DNA of 64,000 nucleotides, taken from positions 231-64,230 of the forward strand of contig JAKAZV010000002.1 of NCBI GenBank assembly GCA_021826505.1, in the 5' to 3' direction. The translations under genes and the position numbers were made by a program. Position 1 is the first letter of the stretch. Every line of letters begins with the position of its first letter. This DNA comes from Acidobacteriota bacterium (GTDB lineage: Bacteria; Acidobacteriota; Terriglobia; Terriglobales; SCQP01). Of this stretch, positions 1 through 7,617 are shown piece by piece. The notes beneath the pieces are model-generated. The model saw only the letters and a program-made list of their open reading frames with translations. It did no database searches and was not told the DNA's origin.

Positions 1-110
1 CCAGTCCGGAGGACTGCGGTCCCAGGGACAGTCTGGTTGCAACTTAAATTCTTACCTAGCCTGAATGATGGGCACGGGCAGGCTGAATGATCTGGCTAAG
101 GATTCCCTAT

Positions 111-1613
111 TTATTTCGCCAGCCAGTGCAATAAATGGCCGGGCAGGATGCCGAGCCACAGGACCACGACGGCGCAGCAGGCCGCGCCCAGGGTCCAGGC
201 GGGGGAAGAAGCGATGGGCGGGAGCTCGCCTTCGGGCGGACGCATATACATGTACACCACCACGCGCAGGTAATACCAGGCGGCGATGACGGTGTTGACC
301 AGGGCCACGATGGCCAGGCCGATGAGATGGGCCTGGAAGGCGGACTGGAAGATGTAAAGCTTCGCCAGGAAACCGCCGGTGAAGGGAACGCCGAGCAGCG
401 AAAGCAGGAACAGCGTCATGGCCAGCGCCAGGCCGGGATGGCGTTTTCCCAGGCCCGCGAAGTCAGAGAGAGAGGTGAAACGCTCGCCGCGGTTCGCCAC
501 CCGCGCGATGACGGCAAAGGCGCCCAGATTCATGGCGGTGTATACGGTCAGATAAAACAGGATCGCGCCGACGCCCGGGCCGGCGAGAATGCCGGAGACG
601 GGCGCATGGCCGGGCAGCACACGCGGCGCCGGATTTTGCGCGATGACCGCGAAGGCGACCAGGATGTAGCCGGCCTGGGCGACGGAAGAATAGGCCAGCA
701 TGCGCTTGAGGCTGGTCTGCCGCAGGGCGCCGATGTTGCCCAAAGTCATCGAGAGAATGGCCGCAACCCACATCAGCCAGAACCATTGCTGGCTATAGCC
801 CCGCAGGGCGACGTAGAAGACGCGCAGCAGAATGACAAAGGCGGCGGCCTTGGCCGCGGTCGAGATGAAGCCGGTGACGAGGGCGGGCGCGCCTTCGTAA
901 ACATCGGGCGTCCAGACCTGGAAGGGCGCCGCCGAAACCTTGAAACCCAGGCCGACGAAGATCAGGGCGGCGGCGAGCGGAATCAGGCTGCCCAGGGCCA
1001 GGCCGCCGGCGGCCATTTTGCCGGCCAGGGACTGTCCAATGGCGGGAAGGCTGACGCTGCCGCTGGCGCCATAGAGCAGCGTGATGCCGTAGAGGAAAAA
1101 CGCCGTGGCAAAGGAGCCGAGCAGGAGGTATTTCAAGGCCGCTTCGGTGGATTTGGGCGCATGGCGGCGGTACGCGCAGAGAACGTAGCTCGAGATGGAA
1201 CTGATCTCGAGGCCGATGAAGGTCAGGATCAGATTGTCCGAGCTGACCATGAAGCCCATGCCGACGGCGGCAAACAGCAACAAGGCGTAGAACTCGCCGC
1301 GCGGATGCCCGTCGGTGCGAAGGAAATCCATGGCCAGGAGCGTGACGACGGCGACGGTGGCGAGAATGAGGATATGGAAATAAATCGAGACTGAATCCAC
1401 CCGCACCATGCCGGCAAAGGCCGTGCCGGGATAGCGGATGAGGGAAATGCCGGCGGCGAGAGCCAGGAGCGAGCCGATGAAAGCCAGGGCGCCGGCGATC
1501 CGGCCGCGGCTGCCGCCGCGGGCCGCGCCCTCGACGAGGAGGATCAAGGCGCCGAAGACGGTGAGGATGATTTCGGGCAAGATCCGGAGATAGTCCATCA
1601 GGGAGGTGGGCAT
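111..1613 (-). CDS. nuoN: NADH-quinone oxidoreductase subunit N
   Basis: 500-aa polytopic membrane ORF of the ND2/NuoN antiporter-like type. It is the last gene of the colinear nuo cluster, and its ATG overlaps the nuoM stop (TGATG). Confidence 0.9.
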   Translation of the reverse strand: MPTSLMDYLRILPEIILTVFGALILLVEGAARGGSRGRIAGALAFIGSLLALAAGISLIRYPGTAFAGMVRVDSVSIYFHILILATVAVVTLLAMDFLRTDGHPRGEFYALLLFAAVGMGFMVSSDNLILTFIGLEISSISSYVLCAYRRHAPKSTEAALKYLLLGSFATAFFLYGITLLYGASGSVSLPAIGQSLAGKMAAGGLALGSLIPLAAALIFVGLGFKVSAAPFQVWTPDVYEGAPALVTGFISTAAKAAAFVILLRVFYVALRGYSQQWFWLMWVAAILSMTLGNIGALRQTSLKRMLAYSSVAQAGYILVAFAVIAQNPAPRVLPGHAPVSGILAGPGVGAILFYLTVYTAMNLGAFAVIARVANRGERFTSLSDFAGLGKRHPGLALAMTLFLLSLLGVPFTGGFLAKLYIFQSAFQAHLIGLAIVALVNTVIAAWYYLRVVVYMYMRPPEGELPPIASSPAWTLGAACCAVVVLWLGILPGHLLHWLAK

Positions 1614-3187
1614 CAGCGGCCTCCTCTCATGCCGCGCCGAGGAGCGCGCGCTTCAACCCAGCCGGCCGGCGAGGCCGAGGGACGGCGAAGGGCCGTGGCC
1701 GTGAGACTGGTCTGGCTGAGCTCGCCGGCGACCGGAGCGATGGGACGCAGGAACCAGGGCGAGGCCACGCCCATGACCAGCATTAACACAGCCAGCATCG
1801 CCAGCAGCAGTCCCTCGCGGAAGCCGAGGCCGGGCATTTTTTGCACCGCCGCGGAGGGTTCGCCCCAGAGCGTGGCGCGGGTCCAGCGCAGCAGATACAT
1901 GACCGAGAGAATCACGCCGGTGGCGGCGATGGCGGCGACGCCATGGCGGGCCAGGAAAGAGCCGAGCAGGATGAGGAATTCGCCGACAAAGCCGTTGAGC
2001 AGGGGAAGGCCGGCGGCGGCGAGCATGATGACGATGAAAAAGCCGGCGAAGACGGGCATGGAAACGGCCACGCCGCCGTAGTCCGCGAGCTCGCAGCTTT
2101 GCCGGCGCTGCCACAGGATGCCGATGAGGCAGAACAGGCCGGCGGCGATGATGCCGTGGCTGAGCATTTGATAGATGGCGCCCTCGGCGCCAAGCTGGGT
2201 GAAGGTGAAGATGCCGACGACGATGAGGCCGAGATGGCTGAGCGAACTGTAGGCGACGAGCTTTTTCATGCCCGTCTGGACGTAGGCCACCAAGCCGCCA
2301 TAGACGATGCCGATCAGCCCCAGAACCAGAATCGGCGTGGCGAGCTGTCGAGCGGCGAAGGGAAACAACAGCACGCAGTAGCGCAGCATGCCGAAAAGAC
2401 CCATCTTGGACATGCCGCCGGCGAGCACGACGGCGGCCTCGTCGGGCGCCTCGGAGTAGGCTTCCGGCTGCCAGCCGTGAAAGGGAAAGACCGGAGTCTT
2501 GATGGCAAAGGCGATGAAGAAGCCGAGGAAAAGCCAGAGCGCGGCGGAGGAGGCCAGCGGCGAGGCCAGGGTCGAGGAGCGCAGCGCCAGCTCCCGATGC
2601 AGCGTCTGCCAGCCAAAGCTGCCGGTCAGATGATAGAGCCAGAGAATGGCCGCCAGCATGAAGACCGAGCCCAGCATGGTATAGAGAAAAAATCGCACGG
2701 CGGCGCGGCGGCGCGCCGGCCCGCCCCAGATGCCGATGAGCAGCGCCATGGGCACCAGGGAAAATTCCCAGCAGAAGTAAAAAAGGATGAGATCGAGGCT
2801 GGAAAAGACGCCCAGCATGGCGGCCTCGAGCAGGAGCAGCAGGGCAAAAAAGCCGTGGGAATATGAGGACGAACGGCGGCAGGCGAGCCAGAGGGCGATC
2901 ACGAAGAGCAGGGCGGTGAGCACGGCCATCCAGAGGCCGAGGCCGTCCACGCCGAGCGAGTAATGAATGTGGAAGGCCGGAATCCAGCGCAGGCGCTGGC
3001 GGAACTGCATGCCGCCGAGCGAGGAGTTGTAGCGCCAAGGCAGATAGAGGCTGAGCGCGAACACAGCGAGGCTCGCCAGGAGACTGAAGACGCGCGCGAA
3101 GGCAGCCGAGCGCACGAGAAAGATCAGCAGCGACGCCGCGAGCGGAATCAGCAGGAGCCAGGTGAGAATTGTGTTGTGTAGATTCAT
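1613..3187 (-). CDS. nuoM: NADH-quinone oxidoreductase subunit M
   Basis: 524-aa membrane ORF of the ND4/NuoM antiporter-like type, positioned between nuoL and nuoN. Confidence 0.9.
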   Translation of the reverse strand: MNLHNTILTWLLLIPLAASLLIFLVRSAAFARVFSLLASLAVFALSLYLPWRYNSSLGGMQFRQRLRWIPAFHIHYSLGVDGLGLWMAVLTALLFVIALWLACRRSSSYSHGFFALLLLLEAAMLGVFSSLDLILFYFCWEFSLVPMALLIGIWGGPARRRAAVRFFLYTMLGSVFMLAAILWLYHLTGSFGWQTLHRELALRSSTLASPLASSAALWLFLGFFIAFAIKTPVFPFHGWQPEAYSEAPDEAAVVLAGGMSKMGLFGMLRYCVLLFPFAARQLATPILVLGLIGIVYGGLVAYVQTGMKKLVAYSSLSHLGLIVVGIFTFTQLGAEGAIYQMLSHGIIAAGLFCLIGILWQRRQSCELADYGGVAVSMPVFAGFFIVIMLAAAGLPLLNGFVGEFLILLGSFLARHGVAAIAATGVILSVMYLLRWTRATLWGEPSAAVQKMPGLGFREGLLLAMLAVLMLVMGVASPWFLRPIAPVAGELSQTSLTATALRRPSASPAGWVEARAPRRGMRGGR

Positions 3188-3197
3188 CGCTTAAAAG

Positions 3198-3315
3198 TCC
3201 AGGGATCAGCGTCGCATATCTTTGTTTTCCGTCGCTCGGACATCCTCACATGCACACAAAGCATGCTGCGGTGTCCTCGCTCCTTCAGCCTCGATCTGCT
3301 CGCTTCTCCCTGGAC
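3198..3315 (+). repeat. Dispersed intergenic repeat copy A (full length, about 118 bp) with imperfect 15-bp terminal inverted repeats
   Basis: Core AGGGATCAGCGTCGCATATC at 3201-3220. Left end GTCCAGGGATCAGCG pairs with right end CGCTTCTCCCTGGAC (13/15). Lies in the 174-bp nuoM-nuoL spacer. Confidence 0.7.
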
Positions 3316-3361
3316 TCATAAAACAAATTTGCAACCTCAAAAAAGATCCGCAGAAAATTTC

Positions 3362-5383
3362 TCAGCGCAGCGTCAGCCAGCCCATGTAGATGACGGCGGC
3401 ACAGGCGCCGGCGGCGATCCAGGCGGCGTAGGAGCGCAGGCTGCCCGAAATCTGGCGGCGCAGTCCATCGCTGGTTTTGAGCAGGCCGCCGCCGATGCCG
3501 CGCAGGCTGCCGGCGATAAGCCCGTCATCCACGCCCCGCCACAAGACCCAGTGCGAGATGGCCCGCAGAGGGGTGATGAGCACGGCATCGAAAAACTCGT
3601 CCACCCAATATTTGTTGAAGACCAGCCGGTATAGCCCCGGCACCGCCTCGGCCCATTGCGCGGCGGCGCGGGGCCGGCGGCGGTAAAGAACCCAGGCCAG
3701 CAACAGTCCGCCGAGCGCGACGGCGATGGTGAGGGCCATGAGGGCATGCTGGACGCCCGCGGTCAGAAACGGCGGCAGCGGCCGGTACGCCACGGCGTTG
3801 GGGGTGGGCGAAAACGCCGGGGCCAGGAAATGGAGCAGACGGTCGCCCCAGTTCAGATAGCCGCCGAGCGCGGCCAGCACGGCGAGGCCGAGCAGGGGAA
3901 TGGTCATGACCGCCGGAGATTCGTGCGGGAGGGCATGACGGGGAGCGTTTTCCGGATTGCCGTGACCGCCCGCAGCGGCGGCGCCCGCCGGTTCCTGTCC
4001 GGTGGGGTGAGCGGCGGATTCCGGCGCGCCCGCGGGCGCGGGGAAGAAGGTGACGAAGAGGGCGCGGAACATGTAAAAGGCGGTGAGAAAAGCCGCCACA
4101 AGGCCGAGCGCCCACCAGATGCGGCCCGCGCCCGAGGTCGCGGCAAAAACGCGCTCGAGGATGAGGTCTTTGCTGAAATAGCCGGAAAAACCGGGAATGC
4201 CGCTGATGGCGCAGGTGGCGATCACGAAGGTCCAGAAGGTAATCGGCGCGTAGCGCTTGAGACCGCCGGGAGCGAGGGAGCGTATGCGGAAAATATCCTG
4301 CTCGCCGTGCATGGCATGAATCACGCTGCCGGCGCCGAGAAACAGCAGCGCCTTGAAAAAGGCGTGGGTCATGAGATGAAAGACGCCGGCGCCGTAGGCG
4401 GCGACGCCGCAGGCCATGAACATGTAGCCGATCTGGCTGATGGTGGAATAGGCGAGAATGCGCTTGATGTCGCGCTGCAATACGCCGATGGAGGCGGCGA
4501 AGATGGCGGTCAGGGCGCCGATGGCCAGCACCAGCGAGCGGGCGGCGGGCGAATGATCGTAGATCACCGCGGAGCGGGCGATCATGTAAACGCCGGCGGT
4601 GACCATGGTGGCGGCGTGGATGAGGGCGCTGACCGGGGTGGGACCTTCCATGGCGTCGGGCAGCCAGATGTAAAGCGGAAGCTGGGCCGATTTGCCCAGC
4701 GCGCCGACGAGCAGCAACAGCGCGATCACAGTGAGCGGCCCATGCCATCCGGATTCGACGGGGAGGGTTGCGGCGCGGGCGAAGACGGTCTGGTAGTTGA
4801 AGCTGCCGAAGCGGGCGAAGATCAGGAACAGACCGAGCAGAAAGCCGAAGTCGCCGATGCGGTTGACGACGAAGGCCTTGATGCCGGCGCGGGCCGCGGC
4901 GTCGCGGCGGAAGAAAAAGCCGATCAGGATATAGCTGGCAAAGCCCACACCCTCCCAGCCGGCGAAGAGCAACAGATAGTTGCCGGCCAGCACCAGCGTG
5001 AGCATGAAAAACAGGAACAGGTTGAGCAGGGAGAAGTAGCGGTAAAAACCGCCTTCTTCCGACATGTAGCCCAGCGAATAGAGGTGAATCAGGAAGCCCA
5101 CGCCGGTGACGATGAGCATCATCAGCAGCGAGAGCGGATCGAGAAACAGGCCGAAGGAGACGCGCAGGGGGCCGGCCAGAAACCAGGTGGCGTGAGGCTC
5201 GATATAGGGCGCGCCGGACCAGCGATGCGCCACCCAGAGCGCGGCCAGCAATGCCAGGCCGGAAAAGCCCACGCCGACGGCGCCGGCGATGGATTTGCCC
5301 CAGAGACGGCCGAAGACGAGGTTCAGCAGGAAGCCGGCAAGGCAAAGGCCAGGGACGAGCCAAAGATGGAGATTTATAGGCAT
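3362..5383 (-). CDS. nuoL: NADH-quinone oxidoreductase subunit L
   Basis: 673-aa membrane ORF of the ND5/NuoL type with a long C-terminal extension. Follows nuoK in the cluster. Confidence 0.9.
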   Translation of the reverse strand: MPINLHLWLVPGLCLAGFLLNLVFGRLWGKSIAGAVGVGFSGLALLAALWVAHRWSGAPYIEPHATWFLAGPLRVSFGLFLDPLSLLMMLIVTGVGFLIHLYSLGYMSEEGGFYRYFSLLNLFLFFMLTLVLAGNYLLLFAGWEGVGFASYILIGFFFRRDAAARAGIKAFVVNRIGDFGFLLGLFLIFARFGSFNYQTVFARAATLPVESGWHGPLTVIALLLLVGALGKSAQLPLYIWLPDAMEGPTPVSALIHAATMVTAGVYMIARSAVIYDHSPAARSLVLAIGALTAIFAASIGVLQRDIKRILAYSTISQIGYMFMACGVAAYGAGVFHLMTHAFFKALLFLGAGSVIHAMHGEQDIFRIRSLAPGGLKRYAPITFWTFVIATCAISGIPGFSGYFSKDLILERVFAATSGAGRIWWALGLVAAFLTAFYMFRALFVTFFPAPAGAPESAAHPTGQEPAGAAAAGGHGNPENAPRHALPHESPAVMTIPLLGLAVLAALGGYLNWGDRLLHFLAPAFSPTPNAVAYRPLPPFLTAGVQHALMALTIAVALGGLLLAWVLYRRRPRAAAQWAEAVPGLYRLVFNKYWVDEFFDAVLITPLRAISHWVLWRGVDDGLIAGSLRGIGGGLLKTSDGLRRQISGSLRSYAAWIAAGACAAVIYMGWLTLR

Positions 5384-5422
5384 TTCGATTTCATGCGAAC
5401 AAACCAGTATCCAATCGCGATC

Positions 5423-5505
5423 ACCGTTAATGCTTCATGAGATCCATTTCATCGAGGCTGAGGGTCTGGCGATTGCGGACGACGGCGATGATGATGGCCA
5501 GGCCC
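5423..5505. repeat. 83-bp exact direct repeat, copy 1 (relict nuoK 3' end plus stop codon)
   Basis: Base-for-base identical to 5653-5735 (offset 230 bp). Contains the last 26 nuoK codons and TAA. Confidence 0.95.
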
Positions 5506-5642
5506 GTCGCGCTTACGCGCTCCTTGGGGGCTTCGCCCCCAACGCCGGGCTTTATTAGAGCAATTCCTGCGGAATTGCTGAAATTAATGGATCGCTGCTC
5601 CCAAGAAAAAAACGTGCTCGAATTGGATATTTGTTCCAGCAT
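5427..5642 (-). pseudogene. Chimeric 71-codon ORF: 45 novel codons fused in frame to the duplicated NuoK C-terminal 26 residues
   Basis: ORF MLEQISNSSTFFSWEQRSINFSNSAGIALIKPGVGGEAPKERVSAT-GLAIIIAVVRNRQTLSLDEMDLMKH. The tail is identical to the NuoK C-terminus. No obvious Shine-Dalgarno precedes the ATG. Whether it is expressed is unknown. Confidence 0.4.
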
Positions 5643-5652
5643 GAGTGATTGA
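5506..5652. other. 147-bp unique insert between the two nuoK-tail repeats, lower GC and hairpin-rich
   Basis: Contains TTGGGGGC-ttc-GCCCCCAA (5524-5542), GCAATTCC-tgc-GGAATTGC (5560-5578) and GCGC-ttac-GCGC (5509-5520). The right half is AT-rich relative to the flanks. Confidence 0.8.
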
Positions 5653-5735
5653 ACCGTTAATGCTTCATGAGATCCATTTCATCGAGGCTGAGGGTCTGGC
5701 GATTGCGGACGACGGCGATGATGATGGCCAGGCCC
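5653..5735. repeat. 83-bp exact direct repeat, copy 2 (3' end of the intact nuoK)
   Basis: Identical to 5423-5505. Confidence 0.95.
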
Positions 5736-5959
5736 ACGGCGGCTTCGGCAGCCGCCACCACCATGACAAAAAAGACGAACAGGTTGCCGGTCATGTCGCG
5801 CAGGTAATGGCTGAAGGCGATGAGCGACAGATTGACGGCATTGAGCATGAGCTCGATTGAGATGAAGACCGAGATGAGGTCGGATTTGACGATGAATCCG
5901 GCGACGCCGAGCGTGAACAATATGCCGCTGAGGATCAAGTAATAAGACAGGGGAATCAT
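5657..5959 (-). CDS. nuoK: NADH-quinone oxidoreductase subunit K
   Basis: 100-aa three-helix ORF (MIPLSYYLILSGILF...) of the ND4L/NuoK type. ATGA overlap with nuoJ. Confidence 0.9.
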   Translation of the reverse strand: MIPLSYYLILSGILFTLGVAGFIVKSDLISVFISIELMLNAVNLSLIAFSHYLRDMTGNLFVFFVMVVAAAEAAVGLAIIIAVVRNRQTLSLDEMDLMKH

Positions 5960-6513
5960 AGACCGCTCCTGTCAGCCGCTTTCACGGCAGGCGTATCCGT
6001 GCCGGAGGATTGAGTTTCCGGGCGGGCGGCCAAGAGGACCGCGCCGGCGATGCCAACCAGAAACAATACCGAAGTCGCCTCGAAGGGCAGCAGGCCCTGG
6101 TGAAACAGCGCCTGGCCGATGCTGCGCACATGGAACATGGGGCTGCCGGCGGCGAGGCGGGCGCGGGAATAGCGCAGGGCGAAGGCGGCCGCGAGGATGC
6201 CGAGCAGGATGAAGATGGCGGGCAGGCCGAGGCGGCGGGCGAAGCGCGCGCGCTCATGCGGCGGCAGCGGCTGGGCGTTGAGCAGCATGATGACAAAGAC
6301 GAAGAGCACCATGATGGCGCCGGCGTAGACCAGAATCTGCACGAAGGCGATGAACTCGGCTCCGAGCAGCAGATAGAGGACCGCCAGCGCGCCCATGACC
6401 AGAATCAGCGAAAGCGCTCCGTAAATGGGCGAGCGGCTGCGCAGCATATTGATGCCGCCGGCGACGGCCAGGGCGCCAAAGATGAGAAAGAGGATGAGCT
6501 GCAGGTTCAGCAT
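5956..6513 (-). CDS. nuoJ: NADH-quinone oxidoreductase subunit J
   Basis: 185-aa membrane ORF of the ND6/NuoJ type. Starts 4 nt after the nuoH stop. Confidence 0.85.
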   Translation of the reverse strand: MLNLQLILFLIFGALAVAGGINMLRSRSPIYGALSLILVMGALAVLYLLLGAEFIAFVQILVYAGAIMVLFVFVIMLLNAQPLPPHERARFARRLGLPAIFILLGILAAAFALRYSRARLAAGSPMFHVRSIGQALFHQGLLPFEATSVLFLVGIAGAVLLAARPETQSSGTDTPAVKAADRSGL

Positions 6514-6517
6514 GGCG

Positions 6518-7540
6518 TCATCTCCAGGCCACCACCAGGCTGGTTATCAGCACATTGGCGAGCGCCACCGGCACCAGCACCTTCCAGCCCAGGGCCATGA
6601 GCTGATCGTAGCGGAAGCGGGGCAGGGTGCCGCGCACCCAGATAAACAGAAACAGGAAGAACGCTGCCTTGAGGCAGAACCAGAAAAGCGGCAGCACGAT
6701 CCGGCTGAGCCAGACGGGGCCGAAGACCGGCCCGGCCCAGCCGCCGAGAAAAACCAGCGTGGCCACGCAGCTCACCGTGATCATGTTGGCGTATTCGGAG
6801 AAGAAAAACAGCGCGAACTTCATGGCGCTGTATTCGGTGTGGTAGCCGGCGCCCAGCTCGCCTTCCGCCTCGGGCAGATCGAAGGGGATCCGGTTGGTTT
6901 CGGCGAAGGCGGCGGTGAGATAGATCAGAAAGGCCACGATCTCGGGCAGGATGAACCAATGGCCGCCGGCCTGGGCGGCGACGATTTTGCGCAGATCGAG
7001 GCTGCCGGCCAGAAGAACCGGGCCGACGAGGGCCAGGCCGAGGGCCAGTTCGTAGCTCACCATCTGCGAGCCGGCGCGGAGCGAGCCGAGCAGGGAATAT
7101 TTGCTGTTGGAGCTCCAGCCAGCGAGCACGATGCCGTAAACGCCGAGCGAGGTTACGCCCAGGATGAAGAGCAGGCCGACGTTGATGTTCGTGATCTGCA
7201 GCGGAGTGGTGTAGCCGAAGATGTGAATGACGGGGCCGAAGGGAATGACCGCGATTGAAAGCAGCGCCAGCGTCACCGAAATGGCGGGAGCGAGCAGATA
7301 GAGGCCGGAGGAGGTCTGGCTGGGGGTGATATCTTCCTTGAGCAGCAGCTTGAAGGTGTCGGCCAAAGGCTGGAGCAGGCCCCAGGGACCGACGCGGGTG
7401 GGACCGACCCGCGACTGCATGCGGGCCACAATGCGGCGCTCGGCGAGCTGCACGTAGGCAATCAGCGAGGCCATGACCGCAAGCGAGAGCACGGTCTTGA
7501 TCAGCGCAATCAGTAGATAGATCTTAAGCGGCATCTGCAT
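6518..7540 (-). CDS. nuoH: NADH-quinone oxidoreductase subunit H
   Basis: 340-aa ND1/NuoH-type membrane ORF (...[15 protein letters not shown]..., ...[15 protein letters not shown]...). Confidence 0.9.
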   Translation of the reverse strand: MQMPLKIYLLIALIKTVLSLAVMASLIAYVQLAERRIVARMQSRVGPTRVGPWGLLQPLADTFKLLLKEDITPSQTSSGLYLLAPAISVTLALLSIAVIPFGPVIHIFGYTTPLQITNINVGLLFILGVTSLGVYGIVLAGWSSNSKYSLLGSLRAGSQMVSYELALGLALVGPVLLAGSLDLRKIVAAQAGGHWFILPEIVAFLIYLTAAFAETNRIPFDLPEAEGELGAGYHTEYSAMKFALFFFSEYANMITVSCVATLVFLGGWAGPVFGPVWLSRIVLPLFWFCLKAAFFLFLFIWVRGTLPRFRYDQLMALGWKVLVPVALANVLITSLVVAWR

Positions 7541-7553
7541 TGGTTAAGGGCGA

Positions 7554-7602
7554 AGGGATAAGCTTCGCATAGCTGTGTTATTCGTCGCCCGGCAATCCTC
7601 AT
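7554..7602 (+). repeat. Dispersed intergenic repeat copy B (truncated)
   Basis: Core AGGGATAAGCTTCGCATAGC at 7554-7573, then TTCGTCGCCCGGCAATCCTCA, which matches module 2 of copies A and C. Lies in the nuoH-nuoG spacer. Confidence 0.7.
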
Positions 7603-7617
7603 GGTCATTCATCAGGC

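Noticed and set aside
135-1394. Long plus-strand ORF (419 aa) antisense to nuoN. Similar long antisense ORFs lie at 1841-2866, 3656-5440, 9975-11453, 11837-13156, 36104-38275, 38636-40273, 58683-59861 and 61042-62103.
   Set aside because: They are typical shadow ORFs of a high-GC genome. Their translations are low-complexity (R/G/A/D/H-rich) with no domain patterns, and each fully overlaps a strongly recognisable conserved gene on the other strand.
5641-5650. The 10-mer ATGAGTGATT is shared between the right end of the nuoK insert and the pyk stop region (55471-55480).
   Set aside because: A single 10-nt match within 64 kb is expected by chance, and the flanks show no further similarity.
5423-5735. 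Possibility that the two 83-bp repeats form a minimal CRISPR-like or tandem array.
   Set aside because: There are only two copies, the repeat is coding sequence of nuoK, there are no cas genes, and the repeat length is far outside CRISPR norms.
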